From Octopus sinensis (taxonomy: Eukaryota): a stretch of 64,000 nt of DNA. Positions 27,640 through 42,324 of the stretch are shown piece by piece. A model generated the notes under the pieces. The model had not been told where the DNA came from and ran no database searches. It saw only the letters and a list, made by a program, of their open reading frames with translations. How positions within the stretch are numbered: position 1 is the stretch's first letter; each line of letters opens with the position of its first letter. The stretch lies in NCBI RefSeq assembly GCF_006345805.1, contig NC_043010.1, forward strand, positions 46,004,001-46,068,000. Direction: 5' to 3'. The translations under genes and the position numbers were made by a program.

Positions 27640-28125
27640 CATCATCATTATCATCATCATCATCATCCTTAAATGTCTGTTTTCCATGCTGGCATGAGTT
27701 GGATGGTTTGACAGAAGATGACGAGCTGAAGAGCTGTTCAGGCTCCATGTCTGTTTCAGCACGGTTTCTACAGCTGGATACCCACTTTACAGGGAGTGCT
27801 GGGTGCTTTTATGCAACACCAGTATGGCAGGTGTTTTTTACATGGCACCAGCACTTACAAGCCCAAAAGATTAGGGATACTCAACTGGAAAGGGCTGCAA
27901 GGGTTGAGTCTGTATGCAGGGGCAACCACACTTGTACTTAGCTTGACATGTCTTTTCAAGCAGAGCAAACCACCAGGAATCTCGATCCCTTGTCATCCCC
28001 TCTGTGAGTCCCACTGTTTGTAGATCCTTTCTCACCACTTCATCCCACATCTTTCTAGGCTTATCCCTTCTGATTATAATGCTGTTATACCCCTCAAAGG
28101 GCTTATCTTTCTGTACACCCTGATT
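27640..28125 (-). mobile_element. RTE LINE 3' fragment
   Basis: PRKMWDEVVRKDLQTVGLTEGMTRDRDSWWFALLEK followed by 3' UTR and (GAT)n tail. Confidence 0.85.
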
Positions 28126-28444
28126 AACTATACAGATGACTAAGACCATTTCCTGCTTCACCAGATATTATAACCTGTTAACATTTAAACTGGTCATATC
28201 AGGCCCAGATATTCTATCTGCTTTTATATTCAAACCACCCAGGTCTAGCCTCTCACACCACCAAAATTTTGAAGCTATGAAATAATGAATGCTTAATTCA
28301 AAGCAATGTGAATAAATAAACATTACATGTGACAGAGTAATCAGAATGTTAAAGGGTTAAGCGCTTCAGTGGTTATTCCTTAATTGCTTTATCTATCGTA
28401 CTGATGTCAACTAGAATATCAGATCCTTCAGCCAGGTTTGTTTG

Positions 28445-28742
28445 TTCCTTCTTGAGCCATGCCTGGCTCATAAGGGCCGGTTTCCCGGTTTCCTTGGTGT
28501 ATAGGTTCCCCACCTGGATGGGATGCCGGTCCATCGCAGCTGAGCTGCAAGATGCAGGAGGAAAGAGTGAGAGAAAGTTGTGGTGAAAGAGTCAGCAGAA
28601 GTTCGCCATTACCTTCTGCCGGAGCTGCATGGAGCTTAGGTGTTTCGCTCATAAACACACACATCGCTCGGTCTGAGATTTGAACCCACGATCCCTTGAC
28701 TGCGAGTCTGCTGCTCTAACCACTAGGCCATATGCCTCCACA
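28445..28742 (-). mobile_element. OR2-like SINE
   Basis: Reverse complement of the 513-820 head region. Confidence 0.85.
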
Positions 28743-30825
28743 GCCAGGTTTGCTTTGGAAGGCTCTCTTTCTCCCATGCATTCTCTACATTTAGTAGCCT
28801 TTCATAGTAGCATTTCTATCCTCTTTCTATTCAGAATCGCTAAACAGAAGTGAATCATTATCTCTTCACACTCGTTTCTCTCCTACAATATTATTTAATG
28901 TTTTTTTTTACTTTTTAAAAGTAGTATTGTGTAATTTGAGGGAGATTTTGGTTGCTATTTCATGAAGTTTGAATGGTTACATTGAGGGGTGCTGTGCTAT
29001 TTCACTTGTTGAGGTATTTTCCCATGCTTTGTGTCTCCTTTCCTTAATACAACAGTTTACTCAACCAAACATAATATGGTAACATGATAATGCACCTGCT
29101 CATTCTTTTGAATTTGTTAAAATAAAAGTTTCTCAGAGAATCTAAAATTTTCTTTTGATTTGAACAGTCTCTAGTCTTGAAGTCTACTGAAACTTTGCAG
29201 TAGGACATTAAGTTAAAACTGAATTCAAAATGCGTAAACCTTCCAGACAATTTAACAATTAACTTCATCTTTAGAGATAAAACATTTTTCAATACTTACG
29301 TTACATAAGGCAGCGAAGCTGGCAGAATCATTAGCATGCTGGGCAAAATGCTTAACAGCACTTCATTCATCTTTACGCTCTGAGTTCAAACTCCACCAAG
29401 GCTGACTTTACCTTTCTTCCTTTTGGGGACAATAAAATAAGTACCAGTTGAGTACTGGGGCAGATGTTATCAATTTACTCCTTCCTCCGAAATTGCTGGC
29501 CTGGTGCCAAAATTTGAAATGAAATCAAAATGTTTAATAGCATTTCATCTGCCTTTACATTCTGTGTTCAAATTTCACCAAGGTCAGTTTCGCCTTTCAT
29601 CCTTCTGGGATCTATGAAATAAGTACCAGTTGAGCATTGGGGTCAATGTAAGCAATTATCCCCTCAGCCACGCCTGAAATTGCTGTCCCTGTGCCAAAAT
29701 GGAAACCAATATTTACATTACATTCCAGCCATTCGATTTCTGGTCATCTAGTTCTCAGGTTCTCATCTATTTTTTGTCTACGGAGCCCTCTGATTACTAT
29801 TTTATTCTGGTGGACTCCCATAGCCATCTGATATTGAAAAACTAGTTTTATAGAAACTTCTTTCAAAATTTCTATTTTGTGTTTTTTAGACATTAATTTG
29901 TGTAGGTTATGTAAAATGATAGAGAAAGAAACCAAACTGTTTCTTGCAAGACATAAAAGGGTAAACACCCACTTCAGTCATGAATGACCATGGGATTGCA
30001 CCTAGAAAGTTACCCTCCAAAGCACAAGTCCAGGCAATGTTGATTATGGAAACCAGCAGTCACCCATGGATACCAGCTTCCCCTCTCCACACCATTGATG
30101 TTATCCGATGTTATCCAAGGGAAAGGCAAAGGCTGATACAACTATCTATTGTGTAATTGAAGGGAAGTTTATATCATGTTACATCATGTTTATTCCCGTT
30201 TTTACTCTTGTGTATGCTATACTTCTTATCCCTACAATTAGTTTGGGGTTTGTATGAAGAACTTGCAGTATTGACCATGTTGTAAATACTGTCCAGGGGT
30301 ATGCACTATGCTCAATGATAACAGAACAATTAGTAATTATGGTACCAATACAGACAAAGACCATATCAGCAACAACACAAATAAAAATGAAAATAAAAAT
30401 AAAAACAAAGGTTCTTCACTAGGTTAAGCTTACACCATACCACTCCCTACAACCTTAACACTTTCTCCACTAGCTATAAGGACCACCCACCTACTTCCAT
30501 TCATGCTGTTGATATACTATTCATGGTATGCTATATTGAGGAAACTAACCATTCTACCTGTAGTGTACCCAGTATTATGCAATAGTGATAACAAAGATAT
30601 CTAACCTAGAAGTAGCAGCCTGCACACCCATCCAGTTCTTTTCCAATTCTACTAGGTAAGTAATTCTAACACCAAGATATACTTATTTCTGTTTTGTTTG
30701 CTAAATAATAGTTGGAACAAACTATCCGAACCTCTTACCTGAGACTATTGTCTGGAATTGCATTACATGATTCACATAATGGTGATTATACTATCTAATT
30801 AAATAATATCAATGCCACCTATATA

Positions 30826-32110
30826 CGAGGGACGTTCAATAAGTAATGCCTCTGACCCACTTGCAGTTGTTTGATCCAGCTGAAATTTTGCATGTGCAAT
30901 CATTTATATCTCTATAGAGTAAGTGGCAAATTACAGCTCTGAATTAATTGTGGTTTCTGATTTACAGGTGTTTGAACCGAGTCAAGTGTGAAATGGAGCC
31001 TGTTGAGTGTCGAGCAGTGATCCGGTTTTGTATTTGAAAGGACACATACCACGGGAGACTTTTGATGAAATGAAAGTAACTTATGGTGATGATGCCCCAT
31101 CATATGACCTTGTAAAACGCTGGCATCGTGAATTCAAACATGGTCGGACTCTGTGGAAACAGCTCCCAGATCTGGTCGCCCCCTTCTGCCATTGATGAGG
31201 CATCTGTCGTCAAATTGAGGCTGCCATTTTGGAAGATCGACGCATAATTATTTTGCCAAATAGCCCATGAGGTCAAGATTAGTACCGGGTCTGTGGAAAC
31301 TATCATTCATGACCATTTGCATATGCAAAAGGTGTCTGCCAGATGGATTCCCAGGTTGCTCACGCCTTTCCAGAAGCAAGAACGCGTCGAGTGCTCGAGG
31401 GTGAATTTGGAGATGTGCCAAGAAGATGAGTCAAAATTTTTCAAAAGACTGATTACACAGGATGAAACCTGGGTCCATCACGATGATCCAGAGACCAAAT
31501 CCCAGTCAATGCAGTGGAAGCACCGTGACTCACCCACTCCAAAGAAGGCAAGGGTGCAGCCCTCCGCTGGCAAGGTCATGCTCACAGTCTTCTGGGACCA
31601 GGACGGAGTAGTGATGACAGATTTCCTAGCAAAGGGTACCACAATTGCAGGAGCCTATTATGCTTCACTTCTGAGGAAATTAAGAGAAGTTATCAAAATC
31701 AAGAGGCGGGGCAAGATCAGCAAAGGCATCCTCCTCCTGCAGGACAACGCTCCGGTCCACAACTCGCTTGTCGCCAGATCAGAAGCACAGGCGTATGGCT
31801 ATGAACTCCTCCCCCATCCCCCACTTTCCTGACCTGCACTCTGATTTTCACCTCTTCCCAGTCATGAAGTTGTTTTTGAAAGGAAAGCGTTTCCCAGATG
31901 ATGCAGCCTTGATTTCTGAATTCACGTTGAGGTTGGAGGACCAAGCTGGGTTCTTCTACAAAAACGGTCTCCTGAGCCGCATCAAACGATGGGAGAAATG
32001 CGTAACTCTGGGTGGTTCCTATGTAGAAAAAGACTAATAACTGTGCCAAGTTTCGTTGCTCTACTTCTATGGGAAGTGAGTCAGGGGCATTACTTATTGA
32101 ACGCCCCTCG
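30826..32110 (+). mobile_element. Full-length mariner element (1285 bp) with TIRs and TA TSD
   Basis: TA|CGAGGGACGTTCAATAAGTAATGCCTCTGAC ... GTCAGGGGCATTACTTATTGAACGCCCCTCG|TA; 2 mismatches in 31 bp. Confidence 0.97.
30993..32037 (+). pseudogene. Mariner DD34D transposase pseudogene (about three frameshifts)
   Basis: MEPVECRAVIR.., WIPRLL, TQDETWVHH, LLLQDNAPVH, PDLHSDFHLFP spread over several frames. Confidence 0.95.
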
Positions 32111-32899
32111 TAACATTCCATATTGTTAATCATTAGATTACTCCCTACTACTGGCTTTCTTTGATATCTGATGTGGTATTTCCTCTAACTCCGTACTAGG
32201 TGTAGTTTATTATATAAACCACCTCTTTCTTTAAAACCCTTAGTGATAAGTAGTACTCTACTGTTACTACCAAGATTTTTCTCTCTGGGCAAACATGTCC
32301 TATCATTACAAGCAGCGCCCAGTAACCCAGATACATTTTTGTATCCAAAACAACACCTTTCATCTTTCCACTTTACCAAATAATTCATTCACGCTTAACA
32401 CTACAATTCCATAAAAGTTAGATCTTATTCAATAGTGATAATACACTCACTCAACTTTCACCCAATATCCACAGAACACCCCTAGATTCTGTGTATCTTT
32501 GTCCTTTAGCCTTAGCAAGTGAACCCTAAGCCCTGACCCTATGCCTAATTGGCTTGTATGCATTTATTTTTTTTCACCTTTACTTTCGCTTTCTTTATTC
32601 TTTCTTTCTTTATCCTTAATTTATATTAGGTCACTTACAAATTGTATTTATAATGTGTGAGTTAGTTGATTGATGATTACATTTTCTGAAATCCCTACAT
32701 TATCCAGATTGTCACTTAAGCATTCTCTCACAAAATTAAGTGCATCAATTCGTATTGATGTAAATTGATGTGAATTTATAGTCTGGATATATAATATATA
32801 TATAGAGAAGAAACCTGGTAAAAAAAGAACCGAACAAAGCTTTGTTATTTTCTAATACAATTGAATTTGAATTTTTGCAGCAGAGAAATGAATTGTAAT

Positions 32900-33410
32900 G
32901 TATACATACATACATACATGTTATGTATACATACATACATACATACATACATACATACATACAAACATACATACATACATACATACAAACATACACACAT
33001 ACATACAAACATACATACATACAAACATACATACATACATACATACATACATACATACAAACATACATACATACATACATACATACAAACATACATACAA
33101 ACATACATACATACATACATACATACATACATACATACATACATACATACATACATACATACATGCATGCATACAAACATACATACATACATACATACAT
33201 ACAAACATACATACATACATACATACATACATACAACATACATACATACATACATACATACATACATACAAACATACATACATACATACATACATACAAA
33301 CATACATACAAACATACATACATACATACATACATACATACATGCATGCATACACACATACATACAAACATACATACATACACACATACATACATACATA
33401 CATACGTGTG
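32900..33410. repeat. (CATA)n microsatellite, representative of many (TA)n, (CA)n, (CT)n, (CAT)n and (AAT)n tracts, e.g. 46260-46730, 51568-51780, 55380-56160
   Basis: Seen directly; source of the spurious low-complexity ORFs. Confidence 0.99.
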
Positions 33411-35100
33411 TGTGTGTGTGTGTGTGCACATGTGCACGCATGTATGTATTACTTATGTGCTACCATTCTTGGAACCATTTCCTTTTGTCACCAATCCCTC
33501 ACTCTCAATATCATTCCAGACCTCTCCATTTTCCACTGAACACCCCTTTGTCTTGGGATATACCTTATGACAACTGTACTCATTCTTGACACCATCTCAT
33601 GTTTGCTATCAGCAACCCTCACATCCCGCACCATTTTTGTTCATTACTCACTGTATCCACCTCTACATACCTCTCACCTCCACCCCTGTCATTGTACATA
33701 TTTGTGTGTATGAATGTATGAATGTGTGTGTGTGCATATGTCTCTCTCCCCCACCATCCTCTGTGCAATTTACATCATCTCACAATTTCTCATATATCCA
33801 CAAGATTTATTATATTGCTGCTCTCCCCACTTTCTGTACAGCCCTTATCATCTCCCCTTTCTTGACCCACTTTTATTTCCCTCACCTTTCCCACCAAACT
33901 AACATTTGCCACTCTCCACACATCGACCCTTGTTCACCATTCACAGCATTCACCTGTATTCTATCTCTATCTACCCTTTTTCCTCTAACACTCTTGCAAA
34001 CTTACCTACATAACCTTCTTGATCTTCTATCCCTAATCTATCTTATATTACCTTCTTGTATCTTCATGTCAGCAACAAATGCCTGTCCATCTGTTAGACT
34101 TCTCTGGACAAAATACCTTGGAGGGTGAATAAGGCAGTTAGCATCATCCCAACACCTGATAGCCTCTCTGGGCCTCCATGCCAAGTACCAAGTAGTGTAC
34201 AAGAGTGCAACAAGCATGGATGATGATGAGGCTGTCCTGCAGTAGCAGCTCACATGCAAGTTGATATATGTATGCATGTACATACATTCATACATATATT
34301 CATACATATATTCATACTTCCTCTTTCAGATGGCATAATAAACTTATTGTTGAAAAGTAAAGAGAACAACATCCTGTATGCCAGTAGCTAGCTCTTCAGG
34401 AAGCACTCTCTTCTTGACAATCTCTCATGCAACCACAAAATAGACCTGGATGTGAAACATTTAGCATATCAATAAAACACTAAACATGGATAGGTTTCCT
34501 GAAGTCTTGAAAATAACAGCAGCAATCTCAACATGAAGTGTGGCATCCTTCAACTTGAGTCTGCTATATCCTATCACACTTCATTCAAGAGTAGTAGATT
34601 GTTACAAAATATCTCATAAACAAAAGAGACAGTGTATCCCTTGGGGCTCCAAAGACAAAAACAAAAAACATTGATTATGTCACATTTCTGTAGAAGATAT
34701 CACACATGTGATCAGCAACTACCCCAAACTATGCCAAAGAGCTTGACTGGAGCCAGATGAAGTCTTATGACTCATCAGATCTTATTGTTCTGTCCAACTC
34801 ACGCTAACATGGAAGACAGACATGATGATGATGATGACAATGGGGACTGTGACATTGATGATGACAATGATGATGGCACAGTTTCCTGCATATGAAATTT
34901 CCAACTCTGCCCTCTCTATTTATATACTTTGTTCTGATGAAGACTGTACAGCTCAAAGCAATATCATTAATTGCTATGACCTTGAGTTGTGATTAAAATC
35001 CTTATTCAGTGCTGTATGACTCAGCCAGCACTGAGTTGAGTTTTTAATTTTTATTTATTTATTTACTTGTTTGTTCATTTGTTTATTCTTTTATTCTTCA

Positions 35101-35312
35101 GATATTTGTCCTCATCTTGTTTGTTGTTAACATGTTTCAGCTGATACACCCTCCAGCCTTCATCAGGTGTTTTGGAGAAATTTCAAACCTTGGTTCTCAT
35201 TCCTGGAGGATATATCAGCCGAAACATTGTGTTAACAACAAATAAGATGAGGACAAATATCCATCAGATGTAAATAATGTACATAATTCCTCATCTCTTA
35301 AATATAGAACTG
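35101..35312. mobile_element. Penelope-like terminal repeat pair in inverted arrangement, with decayed hammerhead motif
   Basis: Arms 35101-35156 and 35203-35261. Minus strand reads aacac-CTGATGA-a-ggctg..cagct-GAAAC. Confidence 0.75.
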
Positions 35313-35749
35313 TATTATTACATTTGTGTTCAATTATTTTTTACTAGATATTTTTGTAATTCAATATATATATTTTATAAGTTTTCTCACTTCAGAAAAT
35401 CTCTAGATTCTCGTTTTCATGGCATCTTTTATTTTTTACTTGTTTCAGTCATTAGACTGTGGTCATGCTGGGGCACTCCCTTGAAGAATTTTCAGGTAAA
35501 GGATTCAACCCCAGTACGTTTTTTTAAGCTTGATACTTATTCCATCAGTCTCTTTTGCTGAACTACTAAGATACAGAGACTTAAATATACCAACACCACT
35601 TGCCAGCAACAACAACGATGACCTTTGACTTGAAGTTAATGAAAGAAACCTCGGTAGTGGTAGCACATCCAATACACAGACACAAAAATATGTTGGTTCA
35701 AGCATGCTCCCATTTTAAGTAATGTCTGAACGCCCACCAGTCCTCTTTT

Positions 35750-36000
35750 AGGATACCAGAAAGGCACAACATCATGCCCTTGGCCAGCCATATATGGTGC
35801 TTAAAAGCAGTAAGACCCCAAATATAATTAGATGGAAGCTTCTTGGACAACCAGGGGCTTATATAAATGAGAGCAAACAGTGTAAGCTTTACTTAGCTGA
35901 GAGGGCAAGAATCCTAAAAAACTTGCTCAGTCCAGGGACCTTTTAAAACTCCAATAAGGAAGTATTCAGTTAATGCCCTCATCTAAAATGTTTATAACTT
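35750..36000 (+). mobile_element. Penelope-like element, C-terminal GIY-YIG region fragment
   Basis: LASHIWCLK../IRWKLLGQ..Y.NESKQCKLYLAER..I..NSNKEVFS*CPH matches the PLE C-terminal C..C/H pattern. Confidence 0.65.
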
Positions 36001-36259
36001 CAGACTTAGAATCTCCATTCCGATTAATAGTCCCACCACAGCTCATTCAAATATTACCATAGCCAGAGCTGATGTTAGGAGGATAAACCTGCTCTGTTAA
36101 TCCTGTCCCACTTGCAGCATAGGCAATTATGTTTTGTTTACAAAACCAAATGACCATTAAATATTTCTTCCTGAAGTTGTAGAGAGGGTATCCTTGCCAG
36201 ATTCTTCACTCATTTTCTCTCTCTACTTGAATATATCCTGATTTTCAAGAAACATAGTG

Positions 36260-37260
36260 TAATCTATTCCCAAGGTCAACACCTCTGACACAGCCTTCTA
36301 TCATCATATAGTGCTTACTTCCAAATCCAATATCTCAAAGATGAGAGTGGTAGCCACTCTCAACAACATACTTCAACACCTGAAATCGGACTCCCTCAAC
36401 ATCATCACAACTTTTATAAAATCAGATCTCCTACATATCTACACTCATGTTTCTCACTGGAAGACCTTTGCTCTTGAGATATTAGTAACAATAGAGTTGT
36501 TATACATGTCATCAACAAAGCATTTAACTATATCTGCAAAACTGCTTTATCTTTGTCTCATCATTTAGATTGGAAGCTTCCTGTCAGCACCATTGCAGCA
36601 AGTGCTGATGAAACTCTCTCTGACTTATACCCTATCAAATCTGGTCAACCTAAAGTTCAGTTTCATCACACACTATCTACATCCTACACATCAATTTTAT
36701 GTCACCTAAAATAATTCCATCTTCTACATAGATGATACAACTCTTCCTCCTTATTATTCCCCACTATAGATGATACAACCCTTCCTTTTCATTCTTCCCC
36801 ACCCAAGGGTCATCTTCTTGCAACGTAGACACCTCATGTCAAATCTTCATTGGAACCATGAGCAGAAACCTTGAAAATATCCTCCAATGGGGTCATGCAA
36901 ATATTGTCTCCTTCAGCAATATAAAGATCTAATCACTACACATATAAGGAAAACACTGTCATACATACTACACCAAAACAAGGACTGCATAAAGCAAGAA
37001 CACCCAAATGCTACATCATCACTGAAACTCATTCTTGGCAAACATTCAACAAAACTCAGTAAATAGTACTTCACAAAACTTACCTCCCTCTTCAAAGTCA
37101 GAAATTACTAAAAACGCCAGTACAGCCTCTCAAAAAGCACAGCTCAAACTCACTCCCAATGGAGCAGTGATTCCACATCTGAGACAGTGCTGCCACTTGA
37201 CATATAAACATACTGAACTGCATTCAAAAAAGGATTTCTGACAGTCTTTGGCATCTGATG
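36260..37260 (+). mobile_element. Heavily decayed CR1/Jockey-group LINE reverse transcriptase fragment
   Basis: YIDDTTL (YADD-like) at ~36725, later LENILQWGHANIVSF and CCH..W-like segments; many stops. Confidence 0.55.
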
Positions 37261-37562
37261 ACTATCTGATGGGTTGACAACACACTTCAACCTCTAGTCT
37301 CCTGATGTATTATCTCCTGTCTTTGTCTTTTCTATCATAACTACTTTGGCTACTTCCTGGATCTAGTTAGTTTTGTACCACATCCATTCAGGCAATGAGA
37401 AATTCTGCATGCTTCATTTTTTTAGCATTTAATGCATCACCTTCTGAGAATTCATTTCTTTTTTAAACTATTTCACTTAGCCTTCAAGACAAGTGTCAAG
37501 CTATATTGGCCTTGCCTTGCCTTTAAACATAATCAGTGGTATAGAGAGGAGAGAGTCACAAG

Positions 37563-37930
37563 CAGTGCTGGATTAACCATTAAGCAAAATATGCACAGAA
37601 ATGGTAAATGGTTTATGGCACAAAAGAAATTACTTTAAACTTGTTAAAATTATATTCAGGGTGCCTTATCTCTACTAAGTATAGAAGCAGATGTGTTACA
37701 TAAGATTAATTTGGAGGATTTGATTAAAGACTTTGCAATTAAAAGATGTAGGAGAAAACTTTTCAAATATAAAGGGAAGGAGACAGAAATAAACATTATT
37801 TTCCATTTTACTGTTTGTTTTTTTCATTTTGTTAAATAAAAGGTATTTGTTTATATTTTGAACTACATATATATGGGAGCACCAAAATCTTTTAAATGCT
37901 TAGAGCCTCTATGGATCGCTATCTGGCCCT
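37563..37930 (+). mobile_element. Non-autonomous hAT derivative retaining the transposase C-terminus
   Basis: LSLLSIEADVLHKINLEDLIKDFAIKRCRRKLF at 37666-37764; loose TIR-like ends CAGTGCTGGATTAA / ATCTGGCCCTAG. Confidence 0.55.
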
Positions 37931-40611
37931 AGTTTCAAGAATGACCTACAACTGTTCTACTACAATAAGCTTATAGTTTTCATCTATATTACTTTTAAAT
38001 TTTACTTGTATCAGGCGGAATTTGTTTTATATTGATTTAACTAACACCCTATTAGTGTGTTAACATTTGGTGACCAATCACTCATTAGCATGAACATTAT
38101 TAATGCATAATTATTCAACTATTCAAGAGGAACCTTAAGGGTATTGACCTCAAAGTCTTAGAGAACACCAGAAAGCCATGAGCACAGTCTCTTCTTCCAG
38201 ATCAAACCAATAAAAAAAATATTCCTTCCTTGCATATTTTCCAAACCAAATTGTAAAGTATACATGAAGTATTGAAATATATTCCTATCAGGTCAATTTT
38301 TGTCTTTCCTGTTTTCTTTGAGAAGTGAAATAACTGGTCATTTATTTAGATAGGCATCATTTTTATTGTATACCAGCTTATCAGTCTTGGACAATGTGCA
38401 ATTTTACATGCTCCATTCTTTTTTCTATTTTTTATGCATCAAATTCAAAGCACATATGTCATTTTTAAAAAAAAACTTTGGACTGAACGATAAGTTTTCA
38501 TGTTTTTATTTATATTGTTTTTCATTTCATTTATGCCAAGCAGAATTTATCTGATGTTGGTTGATTTAACTGGTGCTCCATCAATATGTTTACACATGGT
38601 GGTCTGTTGATGATTTCTGTGAAGAGTAGCAAAACATAAGTTATATTAGGCTAAGAGCAATAAAAGTAAAGTTAATGTGTTACTTACAAAGGTATCCTTT
38701 CAACATTTTTATCATTTATTTTTGGTTTTTCTTCATTGTTATTTTATCGATGTTAATAGATGTTCTTGGGGAGCCTTGGAGTAGTGATGTCTGTTGTTAT
38801 TCAATAAGATACTACTTTTGTTGTTGTTGTTGTTGTTGCTGCTGTTGTTGCTATAACTATAGTTACTAAGGTGGCAAAGTGGCAGAGTTATTAGAGAGCT
38901 AAATAGAATACCTTGTAGAATTCGTTCCATTTTGCTGTGTTCTGTGTTCATATCCTGTTAAGCTCAACTTTACCATTCATCCTTTTAGGGTCAATAAAAG
39001 TAGCCCCATTTCAAAACAATAGGCTGGAAGAATTGTTTGACAGTCAGACAAGGTGCAATATCTGTTCCAGTTCTCTTTGTTCTGAAGGCAACACCTGTGA
39101 CAAGACTAGTGCCAAACTGAATCAGCCTTGACTTACCCCTGAGTAACATCAATAACATGGCAAGGAGAGATTTGCATGAAGAGTTAACTGTTGTAAATCT
39201 TGTCCAGCTGTGGACCATGCAGAGGATCTTCCCAATAGAAATGAATCTATAAAGTCAAACCTAACTGATGAGGCCTTATCACTGCTATCATTATTTATTT
39301 GTAGAATAAGGTGGCAAGCAGCGAGCTGGCAGAATTGTTATTGTGCTGGGAAAAATGCTTAGTGAAATTTTGTCCATCTTTACATTCATAGTTCAAACTC
39401 TGCCAAGGTTGACTTTGCCGTTCATCCTTTGGTGATCAATAGGATAAGTACCAGTTGAGTACTGGGGTTGATGTAATCAACTTGTCCCATCCACCGAAAT
39501 TGCTGGCCTTGTGCTAACATTGGAAATCAATATTCAATATGTTCCTTAACGCAGCGAGATGGCAGAATCATTACTGTGCTGAGAAGACTGTTTAGCGGCA
39601 TTTTGCTCATCTTTATGTTCTGAGTTCAAATTCCACCAAAGTCAACTTTGTCTTTCATCCTTTCACGGTCGATAAAATAAGAACCAGTTGAGCATTGGGG
39701 TTGAAGCAGTTGACTAGCTACCTCCTCCAAAATTGCTGGCCGCCTCCCAAAATTTGAAACCAATATTTAGTATGTTCCATTATATTCAGAGGTCAAAGCA
39801 CTCATTGGTTAACACCAGTTGAACTCTGAAGTAATATGGTATCAGAATGAGTAAATACAAGAATAAATATGTAATGGTATTTAGTCTAATACCTCTGAAT
39901 TCTAGGTTCGAATACTATTGAGACTGATTTGCTTTTAATGCTTCTGAAGTTGATAATGTAAGGTACTATAAATATACTCCTCTAAAATCTGTGGTCTTCT
40001 TCCAAAGTTAGAAATAATTGTTCCAGTCAATTTCACTTAAATGCATAGCCTCACGTCATCAAAATCTTGTGCAATTCATTATAGTATCCCAATAACCAAA
40101 ATTACTTAATCGTAAGGTTTCAATATATTTTTGGCATTAAGGCAAATGTAACTATGTTATAAATGTATTGATTCTATAACAAAAGAAAATTAAAGCATTT
40201 TTTTTATTTACAGCATGTTGGTATTATTTTATTTTTAACAGGAATAAAAAAATGACTGTGTGAAAAAAGGAAGAAATATTAATATTTATTTCTTTAATGT
40301 ACAAGAAAATTTTTTTACCAAACTGTGAGAAAGCCATTTTCATGTATATTTTTACTTGGATATTAGTTCACATTATCATCATGGCTCTGTATCATGCATG
40401 GAGCACTCTGTTATTTACGAAGAAAATATATTCATGCTTACATACATACACATATATATACATATGCATATACATATATACACATATATATACACATATA
40501 TATATACACACACATATAAATATACACAGATATACATATCTATATATGTATATATATGTATGTATTATGTATGTATACGCACGCACGCACACACACACAC
40601 ACACACACAAC

Positions 40612-40663
<52 letters not shown>

Positions 40664-41700
40664 TCATTTTGGAAGGTATATTGGAAAATATCTGCATTAA
40701 GCTCCCAGGTGCTCATTGAACCCCTTTCTGTGTGTAGAGCAAAGTTTTCAAATGCTTGTGTATATGAAGCTGTATGCAGCAGTTTCCATGATTATCCTTT
40801 GTATATTTGCAATAAGAAATCTTTACCTTAGTTTCCTGAGAGGAACCAAAACAATTTATAAAACAACTGATTCCCCTGCAAGCCTTTGAAACCTTTCAAC
40901 AACATGGAACAATTCCTCTTTCTCTCTTTCTGTGTTTCCCTGACAGTTTTTTTCTTTTTGTTCTTCCTTTCCATTTTATCACCCGTCTCTCTGTTTTGAT
41001 CCAAAACTTCCAATTATTTTCCCCATTCTTCCAACTTTCTCTCAATGTCCTGTGTCTTTCCTTCCCAGTAATCTTCAATCTCATTGCATTTCCAACTCTC
41101 TTTCTACATTTCTCTCTTCTTCATTCCTTCCTTTTTTTTATATTCCTCCTCTACTACTTCTTGCTTTTCTCACCCACAAGCTTATGCAAACCCAACTTGC
41201 CTCTAAATAGAGATATAAATGTATGCCTATTTCCTTTCGTACATATTTATGGCATAAAAGTCACAGAGGTGATCGTTTGCCTCAGATTAAACAGTCTTTC
41301 ATCTTTCACTTGTTTTTCAGACTTTGGACTGCAGCCACGCTGGAATACCACCTTGAAAAGTTTAAGCAAAGAAATCAATCTCTATACGTATTTTTTGCTT
41401 TAAATCTGGTACTTATGGCAAACTGCTAAGTTATGGGGATATAAACAAACCAACACCTGTTGTCAAGAGACATTGGAAGATTAATACAAATACAAAAATA
41501 CACACAATTGTACACATATGTACCTATACACACACACACACACACACATGCATTCACACACATGCACACTTTACTTCATGCATTTATTTTAGTGCCTTTT
41601 TTTTTTAATGAGGGATATTTATTTATTTAGATAGGATGAGTTATTATATATATATATGTATATATATGTATACATACATATACATATATATATATGTATG

Positions 41701-41734
<34 letters not shown>

Positions 41735-41735
<1 letters not shown>

Positions 41736-41884
41736 GTACAAATAGGCGAATGAATTATCCTATGTTTATCGTCAGCATGGAAAATTCGTTTAACCGAAAC
41801 TGGGTAGCAAATTCACGACCTGTCCAAGGGTAGAAACTCTGGGTTCATGTGCAGAAATTTGTGTGTGTAGAAACTCCGGGTTCA

Positions 41885-41951
<67 letters not shown>

Positions 41952-42091
41952 AAAAGCAATAAAGATTCAAGTTAATTTAAATGAATTTACTTGAATATGG
42001 TACCTAACTTAGATGCACCAAAAAAAAGGATGAGTTATTATATATATATGTATATATATGTATACATACATATACATATATATATTGTATG

Positions 42092-42143
<52 letters not shown>

Positions 42144-42291
42144 ACATACATATATATATGTATATGTATGTATACATATATATACATATATATATATAAT
42201 AACTCATCCTTTTTTTTGGTGCATCTAAGTTAGGTACCATATTCAAGTAAATTCATTTAAATTAACTTGAATCTTTATTGCTTTTTGTATA

Positions 42292-42324
<33 letters not shown>

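Noticed and set aside
32745-33589. 200-240 aa ORFs on both strands (likewise 8300, 12229, 14837, 46165, 51527, 52745, 55331, 56785)
   Set aside because: Translations of microsatellites with no stop in frame.
39120-39260. Minus-strand exon with GTAAGT donor (FISIGKILCMVHSW..)
   Set aside because: Splice signals are plausible, but there is no recognisable protein or partner exon; unsupported.
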